A stretch of DNA of 62,200 nt, the filler included. It is 5 parts of 5 records of this genome, joined end to end, with 100 filler letters (N's around TTAATTAATTAA, not from the genome) between each part and the next. Parts side by side here need not be neighbours in the genome. Positions count along the whole stretch, not along the records: positions 42,702 to 48,432 come from SRR7504441_7509; positions 48,533 to 62,200 come from SRR7504441_7519; 3 more parts are not named here. The stretch is one strand, 5' to 3'. This document shows, piece after piece, positions 45,952-57,144 of this stretch. The notes below the pieces were generated by a model. The model had not been told where the DNA came from. It saw only the letters and a list, made by a program, of their open reading frames with translations, and did not search any database. Each line of letters begins with the position of its first letter. Position 1 is the first letter of the stretch. Position numbers and translations under genes: made by a program.

Positions 45952-48432
45952 ATGCCTCCCGAGGACGTGTGTCCGTTACCTCTCGCCCGACACACGTCTG
46001 GTCCCAACATGCGCGCCGACCGAGGAGGACGGCGCATGCGGCGGCAGAGCAACGACCGCGACGGCGGGTCTGCCCCCGCAGCCCGGGAAGTGCCTCACCG
46101 CGACCCGCCGCCCTCGCGCGCCGACCCGGAGCTCCTGGCGCGGCTCCGGCGGCTCGAGGCCGAGAACGCAAACCTCCGGGCGGCGGTTGGCAGCCACAAG
46201 GCCGCCGCCCGGGCCGCCCGGGCCGCCGTTGAGCCACCGCAGGCTGGGGCGGGCTGGTTTCGTCACTCGGAGCCAGCCGTCGAGCCTCCGTCTGGGCCGG
46301 CGCGCCGGCGGGCGTGGCTGAGCCTCACCCTGTGGAAGGCGGGACTGACGTGGGCCGGACTGCTCGGGCTGCTCTGGCTGTCCGAGCACCAACTCAACGG
46401 ACGGCAGCTGCTCGAGCGGAGCTGTCCGGCCGAGATCTGCCCGGCCACCACCCTGTCGGCGCACGGACGGGCGATCAACGTGACGTTCGAGCAGCTCGGT
46501 GTGGTCAGGTCGGACGGTCGTTACAACCTGCGGCCGACCAGCGGAAGCTTCCTCTCCGGGCAGCTGACAGCGATCATGGGCGGGTCGGGCGCGGGCAAAT
46601 CGACCTTGTTTAATGTAATCACGGAGCGTGTGCCACGGGGCTGGGTGCCCGAAGGCGCTGTGTTCATATCCGGACATGATATCCCTCTAAGTTCGGTGCG
46701 TAATCTGATCGGAGTGGTGCCGCAAGACGATATTGTGTATGAGGAGCTCAGTGTACTGGAGAATCTGATCTATTCAAGTGAGTGGCGGCTTGAGCATGGC
46801 ACTTTCCCCGCTTTCAGCAGGCGCGAGCTAGTGAACGACGTGCTTGAGCGGCTGGCGATGCGTGAACACGCGCCCAAGCGGGTGGGCAACAACAAGGACT
46901 TCAAGCGCGGCGGGATCTCTGGCGGGCAGAAGAAGCGCGTCAACATTGGACTCGAGCTCGGTCTCGCCCTGCCTAGTGTCATGACAGAATACTGACTAGT
47001 TTGTGGGTGCAGTAGCCGACCCGAACGTGCTGTTTCTTGACGAGCCCACCTCCGGGCTGGATTCGACTACCACTGCTTCGGTGATGAGCTCGTTAAAGGC
47101 CACCGCCGTTGACTCGAGTATCGCGGTGGCTGCTGTCATCCACCAGCCGAATGCCAAGGTGTTTCACGGGTTTGATTCTCTAATGCTGATCGCTGGCTCC
47201 CAACGGGGAGGGTGCACCATCTTCATGGGCCCCACGCGGCTGGCCGTGGGCTACTTTGAGTCCCGCGGGTTCGAATACGACCAGGCCGAGTACGGGAATC
47301 CGGCTGACTTCCTGATGGACATTGTGGGCAGCGTGCTGCAGCCTCGGAACGGCTCAGTGGACGCTTTCATGCTGGAGGAGATGTGGCAGTCCGAGTGTGC
47401 CGCAGCTGACGGGCTCATCCAGGCTGATACAGCTACTGCTGATGCGCCTGGCTGGTTTTGTCTGCCCATGCGACAGTGGCACATCGAGAATCAGCAAGCG
47501 GCAGCCAGGCATCCGGATGGCCCAGCGCGGATTGTCGAGGCTGCAATGCACCATAACGAAGACGCGTTCCAGTTGCCACTATTCTTCCATCGGTCGGCCA
47601 AGCTCGCCTTTCGTGCGATCCAGACAAAGGACATTTTGATCGTTCTTGCAATGGCGGTGATGATGGGCTGGATTCGTGCCATGCTCATCTCAACTCTCGG
47701 GGATAATCTGATCACCGGTAACGTTGTCAATACCGTGATTGCTGTGGTCTGCTCACTTTTCTGCTGCACCAATGCCCTCTCACTGTTGCAGACCGAGCGG
47801 TACAATATTCAGAGGGAAATCAACTCTTCTGTTGGTCTACACTGGTATTTTATTGCCAAAATGCTGGTAGCTCTGGCAATATCGGGAGCATATGCACTTA
47901 TCTTCACTGTGAGCTATGTCGGCAGCTGCAATCTTTTGCTAAGGTCGCGCGGCTGGCTCGAGTACAACGGCGTCGTTTGGAAGTGGAAGGACGAGAACGG
48001 CGTCTTCGTCAACCTCATGAGACAGTGGGTAGGCCACCGCGACCGTGACCTGCTCAAGCTTTATTATATATTCTGGCTCTTGTTTTATGCTGCCCATGTC
48101 TCTGGGCTGTTGCTGGCCTCTTTCGACAGATATGCTGGGCTTGGTGAGTCGACTACCATGCTGCTCGCTATTGTGGCGATTCTGGTCCTAGCATCCGTCG
48201 GGACTGTTTCATCGTTGGTTGCTCAGTGGTTTTCTTTTATTTATGTCTTTAAGGAGCTTGTTCTGTTGCTGGAGGTCGGGCTGGAGACGACATGCCCGGA
48301 GAATCCAATGTCGGCTAGGTTTGAACACCTTTATGCTGTAGTCGAAGGGATGCGTTTGAGGAAAGAGGAGCGAATAAACAAATTGTGGAAAGAGATCACT
48401 GGTGGTAAAAACAAGCTAACCAATTCGGAGGC
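45952..48432 (+). CDS. ABCG (White-family) transporter with N-terminal TM extension, 3'-truncated by the gap
   Basis: GGSGAGKST, VPQDD, ISGGQKKRVNIGLEL/VADPNVLFLDEPTSGLD, IHQP, C-terminal TM domain. Confidence 0.92.
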
Positions 48433-48532
48433 NNNNNNNNNNNNNNNNNNNNNNNNNNNNNNNNNNNNNNNNNNNNTTAATTAATTAANNNNNNNNNNNN
48501 NNNNNNNNNNNNNNNNNNNNNNNNNNNNNNNN
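48433..48532. other. Artificial contig linker
   Basis: N44-TTAATTAATTAA-N44. Confidence 0.98.
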
Positions 48533-48748
48533 TGACACGCCAGTTGTGCTCTCTGTCCCCGCCTGTCGTTGAGTCAGAACTGGCGGGGAACCGAGCTCTA
48601 CCGTTGCTCCGGCGGGGACACGCAGAAAAGAAAAATACAGCTGGGAGCTGTCGACCTCATCGACAAGCAACGGCATCGTTGGGTGGCGCATCGCGAGGGC
48701 CTCATCGCGCGGGACAGTCAAGCGGATTAGTGTGCACAGTCGGGCGCG

Positions 48749-50723
48749 ATGCCTCTTGACATGGTGCGCCTTGCCGCCCCTACCCTGTGCAGGATCCAAG
48801 CCGCTTGTGCCTGCAGTCATACGAGTCTAGCGACGAGGAGGGCGCGCCCCCCAACCCAGGGGCCAAAGCCTCCTCTGGCAACAAAGCCCCGAACATGAAC
48901 GACACCGAGGCGTTCCCAGCGGCGTTGGGTACGGGGGCTGCTCCGCATGCGAGCCAGGTCCCGAACGGGGTCAACTTTGCTAGCCTGGCCGGCAAGTTCA
49001 CCCCGCCGCAGCAAGGTGCCGCCCGGTGCAGCCCCGCCGCTCAGCCCGCCGCAGAGGAGTTCGATCTAACTAAGCCGATCAAGATGGTGCGAAAGCCTAT
49101 CAGCAGAATATCCCGCGTGCGTGACATCTATAAGTCCCGCGACATCGTGAACGTGCCGCTGGCTCACGGCTGGGCGCTTTACACCGACAACGGCATGATA
49201 GGTACGGCGCTCCTTCCGCCCGCCCCCCGCGAGTTGTCGGCTGCCAACTGTGATTAGACCAGCAGCTCGCTAGCGGCCGCCTCCGTCGCTCAGCCAGTGA
49301 CCGGGTGTCGTGGTGCAGGCCCGGAGAAGCAAGCTGAGTGCGTCAGCAATAAGTGTGGGGAAGTGCAATGCATGCGCGAGTTCTTCCCGGTGTGGAACCG
49401 TAGTGAGCGCGCGGGCGCGGTGTCGAGTGGCTCGCACATCCGGCTCTTCAAGAGTGATGTGCACAGCTCGCCCAGTGTGCTCGACGGCATGCTCGAGAAG
49501 GTCCGCTGCCCATGTCGACAGCCGTGTGTGTGGCATCCGGCCGCAGTCCGCCCGTCTGATTGGCCTGCGCTGATCGGCTAGGGTCTGACTGGCGCTGCTC
49601 AGGGAGGCAAGTGGGCGATCCCAGTCTCTAAGCAGATCTCAAAGGACATGTTTGAAGAGCTCTCGCTGTACATACTGGACGAGCGCCTCGGCGACGCCGT
49701 CGTCGGTGCCTCCCCCCGCCCTCTGCCCGTGCGAGCTGCTGTCTGGCAGGCGGCGTGTACGCGATTCGCGAGCACGTGGACGTACTGCAGGTCTGGACAC
49801 GGACGGCTCCGAGCCCCGAGCACGTACAGCAGATGGCAGCTGAGATCATCGCAGTCCTGGGTGCGTCCAGCTTGAATGCTTGCATCCATCTCATTCGGGC
49901 CTGAGCTAATCGGATTTGGGCAGGGCTCGACGCCAGGTTTCCTGTCGAATTCCAGCTCCACGAGCACGCGTTTAAGAAAGCCAGCAAGGTAGGCCTGTTG
50001 AGTGTCCTGATGGTCTGATCGGTTGGGTGCAGGCCAGGAAGTATTTCTTAGTGGAGCCCACACCCCCGGGCCACCCAGTGGAGGCACAGGTGGCTGCCTC
50101 TAGGGCTCGGCTTGACCGGCCAGCTTCAGGCAAGTGCGCTCAAGCCAAGGTCTAAAAATGACACCACCTCTCAGAAGCCAGCGAAAAAGAAAGCGTCGGT
50201 GGGCGCAGCTGCTGTCGCGGCAGGAACTGACAGCTTGCTCAGGGCAAGAAGGCCGATGACTTCACTGAGGTGTCTGTTCGGAGTAAGCCCAAGCGGGGTG
50301 AGTGCCATGCCAGCAGCAGCATGGCCTGAGCTGCTCTGGTGCCAGGCAATGGAGAGCGTTCCGATGGGAATGAGCCTGGGGACGAGGGCACAGCTGGTGG
50401 GCCCTCGACATCCAATCCGTTTGGCAATCTGACAGTCGAGGCCGAAGAGCGGGAGGAGAAGGACGACAACCTTGTGTTTCACAAGCGGAAGGTAGCCTTT
50501 TCATCCTATCCCAAGCATTTAGTCCTGCGTTGCGCAGGTGAAGCCGAATTCACGCAAAGGCAGCAAGAAAGAAAAGAAGAAGGATGACTTCGAGGGTCTG
50601 CCACAGCAGCAAGGATCGATCGTTCCGTTCCCTGCGTTTCTCATTGTCGTGGCCGGCCTCGTTCTGCTTGTGGCCATCATGCTCTGGCAGTACACACAAG
50701 GCAGTCACTCGTCTGACAGCTAA
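48749..50723 (+). CDS. Divergent eIF4E-family protein with C-terminal transmembrane anchor (more than 10 tiny introns)
   Basis: Spliced read: VPLAHGWALY, EFFPVWN, IRLFKSDV..P, GGKWAI, FEELSL, AIREHVDVLQVWT, LGLDARFPVEFQLH; Lys-rich linker; FLIVVAGLVLLVAIMLW-QYTQGSHSSDS*. Confidence 0.75.
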
Positions 50724-51124
50724 GGGCTGGCGTTGCGGGCGTTCATCAGTCATGTGGCGTTGGACACAGTGTATCACATCCATGTCGACCATGACTGGCA
50801 CCAATGTGAACAAAAGCCTCTGAATGGGCTGGCTCGGGCGACTCGAATTTATTTAACCGTGTGCACAAAGGTCGGTGTTGATTTAGCTGGATAAATCTTG
50901 TGGGACCCTTTAATTTCTTTTATATTATAGTGTATGAAAACATATTAAGTGTAATGGGTTCCGCAAGAAGCACCAATGCACCTAATAATGGTAACTTCAT
51001 TCATGCAATTCTCACGCACCCGCTCAAGCCTGCGCTCAAGGTTCAGTTCCCACAAGTGCATCAGGGTCAGCACGCAGGTCTTCCACAATTGGAACAAAAC
51101 TCGACTTTCGAAGATCCGGGAGAC

Positions 51125-51585
51125 ATGACAGCGCCTAGCTACGGTGGGCTGCTGCGGCTAGGCTTGCTCAGCAGAAGGGCTGACCGCAGCGTGGGCTGGC
51201 AGAGGGCCGCGTTCGGATCCAACTGACTGGGGGTGAAGACATCGCCGACCTCGACACCGGCAAGGGTGAGTCCGAGAGGCCCCCCTGTGGCCCCCTGTGG
51301 CTCACTGCGTTGTGCTGCAGACGGATCCGACCCGTACTGCGTGTTCGTTCTGGGAGACGAGGAGGTCAAGAGCAAGGTGCCCCGGCCTCCGGCCAGCGCG
51401 GGCGGCGGTCCAGCCCGAGTCGGCAGGTGGTGCCGAACACGGCCAACCCCAAGTGGGACGACGATTTCACAATGGGAGTGGTCGACCAGGCGCGCCGGCC
51501 GAACCAGCCCAGCCGCTGAGCCGGTCTGCCACAGCGCTACATCCTGCGGGTGCTGCTCTACGATAAAGACGAGGAAGCGGACTGA
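51125..51585 (+). CDS. N-terminal, incomplete C2 domain (multi-exon)
   Basis: RVRIQLTGGEDIADLD, GSDPYCVF, NTANPKWDDDF, LRVLLYDKDE, then an in-frame TGA. Confidence 0.7.
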
Positions 51586-51597
51586 GTCTGATTGCAG

Positions 51598-53422
51598 GCC
51601 ACCAATTCGCAGCGGTTCTATCAGGGACACGATAACGACATTCTGTGCATGGCGATCAATCGAGCTGACGGTACCACAATTGCCACAGGACAGTGGACGG
51701 GCAACAAGTCTCAAGGGCAGACCTACGACCCCAAAATTATGGTCTGGAACTCAGAGAACTGTGAGACACTCTACGAGCTTACTGGGGAGCACCAGCGGGG
51801 TATCTCATGCCTGGCATTCTCGCCATCGGGCAATAAGCTGGTTTCTGTCGGAATGGACGACAACAATAGCGTTGTTATGTGGGACTGGAAGCGCCAGAAG
51901 GCGGTTGGCCCCGCAATGAAGGGCGGGCAGAACAAGCTGTTGATGGTCGCGTTTGATGGGAGCAATGACAATTCCTTCCTTACTGTTGGGGCCAAGACCA
52001 GCCAATTCTGGACTGCTTCGGCTGGTGGTAAGTTGTCAAAGAAGAGTGCAGCATTTGGCAAAAAGTTCAAGCAGCAAACTCAACTGGTGTGTGCTTCACA
52101 CAGGAACGGATTCCTGTCTGGAGCGTACCAGGGTCAGCTGTATGGTTGGACTGGCAATGGAGCCTCTTCCATGACACCTGCACACGATGGACCCATCTAT
52201 GCCATGTGCACATCAGGTGAGCTTGTTGTGACTGGGGGCAAAGATGGCAAGGTATCAGTCCGAGACATTTCGCTCAAGCCACTGGAGGAATTCAACTTGG
52301 GCCAGAACATCCGCTCTGTAGATGTGCACAACGACAGCATTCTTGTCGGCACATATGAGGGCAACATTTACGAAGTTGACATGAAATCAAAGAAGACCGA
52401 GGTGATCATGATGGGCCATGGTGGCATGGTTGAGCCAAACAACGCCTATGCGGGAGAGACCTGGGGGCTCGACGTGCACCCTGACGGCCACCACTATGCC
52501 ACAGTTGGCGATGATCGTGTTGTTCGAGTGTTCAACATTGAGTCACACCGGTGTGTTGGGAGCTTTGAAAATCTCGAACATCGCGCCCGCGCATGCTCGT
52601 GGCACAAGGATGGTGGCATGTTGGCCGTGGCTCTGAAGACTGGCACGATCGTGATTCTACAATGGAGCAGCGGGACTCTGTCGGAGCTCAAGTCATTTAA
52701 GAAGCGCGACTTCAAGAAGCTCAGCCAATTCCCGGAGCAGGGAGGGATTGATGCGATTCGATTCTCTCCAGATGGCTCAATGCTCGCCACTGGATCTCAC
52801 TCTGAAGGTATTGATGATGCCTTTACAATGCATAAACCTAGGGTGGGGGTCATTGTGACTCTGATTTAGTCTTGTTTGTGTCTCAGGTAAGGGGGGTTCT
52901 GGCGGGAAAGTTGATGTTTTCAGTACTGAAGGGTGGACCTTCCTTGGCGAATGCAAGGGCCACACCTCTTTTGTGCGCAACTTGGACTGGACTTCAGATT
53001 CTCAGCACATTAAATCAACAGATGCCAACCCTGAGTTGTTATTCTGGGACGCCAAGAACACTTCACAGCTGAAGAGCGGCGCATCTACCCTGAAGGACGC
53101 TGACTGGTACACCTTCTCTACTGAAGTTGGATGGCCAGTTCAAGGCGTCTATCGAAAGCTTCCAAACCACACAAAGCAGATGGATGGATCTGATGTCAAC
53201 ATGTGCGATGTGAACCCAGATAAGACGCTGCTTGTTGTCGGTGATGACTTCTCAAATGTCACCCTCTACAACTATCCTTGTACAAACAAGAAGGACGGCG
53301 CCTCATACTTTGGAGGACACTCTTCCTTTGTGATGAACGTCAAGTTTTCCAAAGATGGTAGCCGTGTGTTTTCTGTAGGCGGGCACGATCACACAGTGTG
53401 TCAATGGAAACTCATCAATTGA
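51598..53422 (+). CDS. EML/EMAP-like tandem WD40 (TAPE) protein lacking its HELP-motif N-terminus
   Basis: QRFYQGHDNDILCMAI, GETWGLDVHP, CKGHTSFVRNLDWT, GWPVQGVY, VGDDFSNVTLYNYPC, GHSSFVMNVKF, GGHDHTVCQW. Confidence 0.9.
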
Positions 53423-53824
53423 TCATTGAACCAAACCAAAGTCAAACGATATGACATTGTCAACTGATCGAGATAGGCTATCAGTCATTGACTGCTGATC
53501 ATGACCACTACTAGACGACTACATGTACGAGTAGACTAGAGTAGATCGATCATAATTATCACCGCACATCTACGTACGGCAACATAGTCGCATGCTAGTC
53601 GCATGCATGAAGTGGTATTGTACCGCTTCCATTAAAATTACTCCGTTACTCTTAGAAAAAACACGTATGCGTACGAGATGTAGGACTACTCGTACTGAGT
53701 AGGCACGAGAGAGGTAGCTGTATGTCTTGTAAGTGTGTAAGCCCTCATTCAGGGTGCAATGCAGACTATTGATTTGTACTAGTATTGATTTGCGCGTTAC
53801 GTATTAGCCCTGAACTTTCTCAAT

Positions 53825-55782
53825 CTAGAGGATAAAGGCACAGCCATCAGCTCGCGGATCGGAACCTGCTAGCAAAATACGCTTGGGACCTGCAGCAGTT
53901 TGATGCACTTGCTGAACAATGATTTGGCCACGACCAAACAGGCTTCGGTCATAGCCAGTCACTGGCCCCTTCACTGTGTGGCCCTTGAGCCGGAGCTGCT
54001 CAATGACCTCATCCGAGATGCCTTCCTCGATGGCCACCTGCGACAGCTTCATAACTATGGACCAGCAGCCGCTTGGCACACCTGTGACTCTACGGCCTCG
54101 TTCATGACATGTGCCCCACCTCCCTGTGAGATGCAGAATCGAGGTGTGTCCAGCGCCTCTTGTGGGTCCATCCCAAAGTCGCGCATGTTCCGAATCACCT
54201 GCACTGCACTCAGCTGGCGCCCGGACCGGCGGCGGCCTGCAGGTGGCCTTGCGGCTGCATGAACCCGCCCATCACGCCAAACACCGAGTGCAGCTCGCCA
54301 CTCCCCGCCCAGGTGCTCAGTCCCGGGATGATGGTGTGGTAAGGCCGCTTTGCCCCGGCCACCGCGTTCGGGTGCCCAGGCTTGAGCGAGAAGTTATGGC
54401 CTGCCGCCGGCCTGAGCCGTGCCCGGGCGGCCAGTTTGCCTCGGTTCTGTAGCGTGAATCCTGCACCCTTTGGCACGATCCCAGTCCCAAACCCCATGTA
54501 GTTGGAGTTGATCATCGAGCACCCGTTCCCGTCTCGGTCTATCGCCACAAACTGAACCCACCGCTCAGCCCGGACTGCGCCCGATCACCTGGACGGTGTC
54601 GCAGCCACTCGGCGGCTGCCCAGCCACAACGTCGGCCTGAGCTGCCTCGGGCTGGATCTGGGCCTTGCGGGCGGCCAAGTACTCCGCCGACAGCAGCCCG
54701 GCCGTTGGCACGTCCACCAGCTGCTCGTCTGCTATGTATGCCCGTGCGTCCGCAAAGCTCAGCCGCATCGCTTCAACCAGCCCATGCAGATAGAGTGCAG
54801 AGTTGTGGCTCTCGCCCGGATACAGCCCTTCGGAGATCTTGAGCGCGAGCAAGGCGGCCAGCCCCTGGGTGGGCGGGGGCACCTCGTACACCCGCAGCTG
54901 GTTGTATTCGACGCTGATCGGCTCCCGGAACTCTGAGCTCCGGTGCGCCTCCAGGTCGGCCTCGGTGAGCACCCCGCCACTCTGCTGCACCACCTGCGCT
55001 ATGCCAGCCGCCAGCTCGCCGGTGTAGAACCCCTTGTGCGCCCCATCGGCAGCTACCCGCCGCATGGTGGCCGCCAGCCCCGGTCGGGTCATCACTTCGC
55101 CAGCGGCCGGGGCCCGCCACCCGCCTGCTCCACCCTCAGCCGGCCCCACGGACAGCGCACCCGGCGCGCTCGGGTCTTGCACCAGCAGCTCGGTGCCGTT
55201 GGCGGCCCCGGCCAGCAGCTGGGCGGCCTTCTCCCAGGCGTGCGCGGCCACCGGCTCCACCACGAACCCTTGCTCGGCCAGCTCGATCGCCGGGGCCAGC
55301 ACGTCGGCCAGGCTCAGCTTGCCCGACCCGTGCCGGCGCACCGCGTCCTCCCAAGCCATCGGGGCCCCAGGCACGGTCACGCACAGCGCCGACAGCGGGT
55401 CGAGCGGCGCGGCATCCACCCCGAATCCAGCCTGGGCCAACCGGTCGAGCGAGAGCCCGCTGGGGCTCCGGCCGTTCCCGAGCATCGCCTCGACCGCCCC
55501 GGTGTCCGCCTTGAAGAACAGCCCGAAGCAGTCGCCCCCAATCCCGGTGCTGCACGGCTCGGTCACGCCGAGCGCGGCAGCGATCGCCACTGCGGCGTCG
55601 GTCGCGTTGCCGCCGGCGGCCAAGATCTTGATCCCAGCCGCGGTCGCCGCCGGCTGGGAGGAGGCGCAGCCGCCGCCCGAGCCCATCACAGCTGAGCGGC
55701 GGCTGGAGAACGGCAGGCGCTTGGCAGCCCATCCCCCGCCCCGCGCGCCGCCTGACGGATCCTGTGTGAACGTGCGCTTCAT
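53825..55782 (-). CDS. Gamma-glutamyltransferase
   Basis: [29 protein letters not shown] (Thr nucleophile), [37 protein letters not shown]. Confidence 0.95.
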
Positions 55783-55929
55783 AGGTGCCGGACTGCCGGT
55801 GTGCCGTGCGTTCAGGGTTTGAGCTGGGTACCAGCCAAGCCAAGCCAGCCTTCTTGCGCGGGGGACGCCGGGGACTTCGGAGGGCATACTGCGTGTTCGC
55901 TCAGTCTTCTCGGAGCCGGTCCTTCGGCC

Positions 55930-56725
55930 ATGCGCTCCATGCTCGGGCTGCTCGGGCCGCTCGGGCTGATGGTCACCGCGGGCGCGGCGCGCATAAACCA
56001 GGACTTGATAATTAGGGGGACGCTGCCCGATACCCGCAATTGCGTCCAGGCGACTGATCCGCCGAACGCCCGACTTACCCTGACCCATTGCGTGCAGGCA
56101 CGACTCAGCCGAAGCATGTCAGCCGTCAGCTCTCCCTTCCACGGAGGGGCGTTCCTGTCTGCGATCCCGTTCTCGGCCGACAGGGTCTGCTTATCTGTAG
56201 CAGTCGAAGCTCCAGGGACCAAGCTTTCGTACTGCCCACGAGCTGCCCTGTGCATTGTACCATCGGTCTTTGCGAAGACTCCCCTGGTGCGATTGGATCT
56301 CCGCGTCTTCTTGCAAGTGCCAGACTGCACCAGACTCGCCGATGCTGAGCAGCTCGATTACGCAACAAGCTGCAGCTACGTGGCCTACTTATCTGCTGTC
56401 ATTTGTCTTCTTGTGGTGGCAGCTAAGTTCCGAAGCTCCAGGCCTGGCAGCAGGGAGCGTCAGCCTCGCATTTATAAGTGTCAGCATCACCGTGGCAGCA
56501 GCTCAAAGGGAAACCTTGGCTACAATCTAAGGAGCGACTGTCCAGAATGCGCAGCGGCGCTGATCAGCAGTGCTTGAATGGTGTGCATTGGCCCTCGAGG
56601 GAGCTAGCTATTACGCCAGTACTGTAGCTGACAAATCAACATGTACAGCTCCCGACCCGTCTTCAACGATCCCAGCAGAGCGTTTCTGCAATGGACCGAA
56701 TGGCCTGAATTTCACTTGGGTTTGA
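55930..56725 (+). CDS. Hypothetical signal-peptide, single-TM protein; 3' exon structure uncertain
   Basis: MRSMLGLLGPLGLMVTAGAA signal; TM YVAYLSAVICLLVVAA. Confidence 0.5.
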
Positions 56726-57144
56726 AGCAGTCTGTATTTTGAGTGCAGATTCGTCGAGACGCACTCAGACGTGACTCTGGTTGATCTTGTGCTCATAGCA
56801 GCTGATTAGCAGATATTACGTAACGAGTTCGTAGAGTCGTTGAATCATTGATCATTGTGCCTTAGATGCTAAAGGCACTAGTTAGGACTACGTCTCCATA
56901 CATCGTGTTCTATAGTGTCTACGTGATTAATTTTAATCATTTGATGATCGAACTCTAATGAATTTTACCCCGCAAGTCAGGCTCTGGCTCTACTTTTTAT
57001 GGCAGCGACCCAGCTAGCGCATGGTGCCGTCGGTTGCTCTTGGTGCCGTCCGGTGTGGAAGCCGCATCGATGAGTCTGGGCGCTGCAGCTGCAGCTAAGG
57101 TTTCCCGGTGGCAGAAAGACTTGGCCCTGGACACATGACGATGG

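Noticed and set aside
24276-48532. Four identical TTAATTAATTAA sites within N runs
   Set aside because: Artificial six-frame-stop linkers between contigs, not a biological repeat; adjacency across them is meaningless.
50745-50800. Hairpin (CAGTCATG...CATGACTG) in the 3' UTR of the eIF4E-like gene
   Set aside because: It lacks SECIS geometry and the gene has no in-frame UGA; could be chance.
51583-51591. Two in-frame TGAs as possible selenocysteine or readthrough codons
   Set aside because: They lie within branch-point/acceptor sequence and I saw no SECIS downstream of the EML gene.
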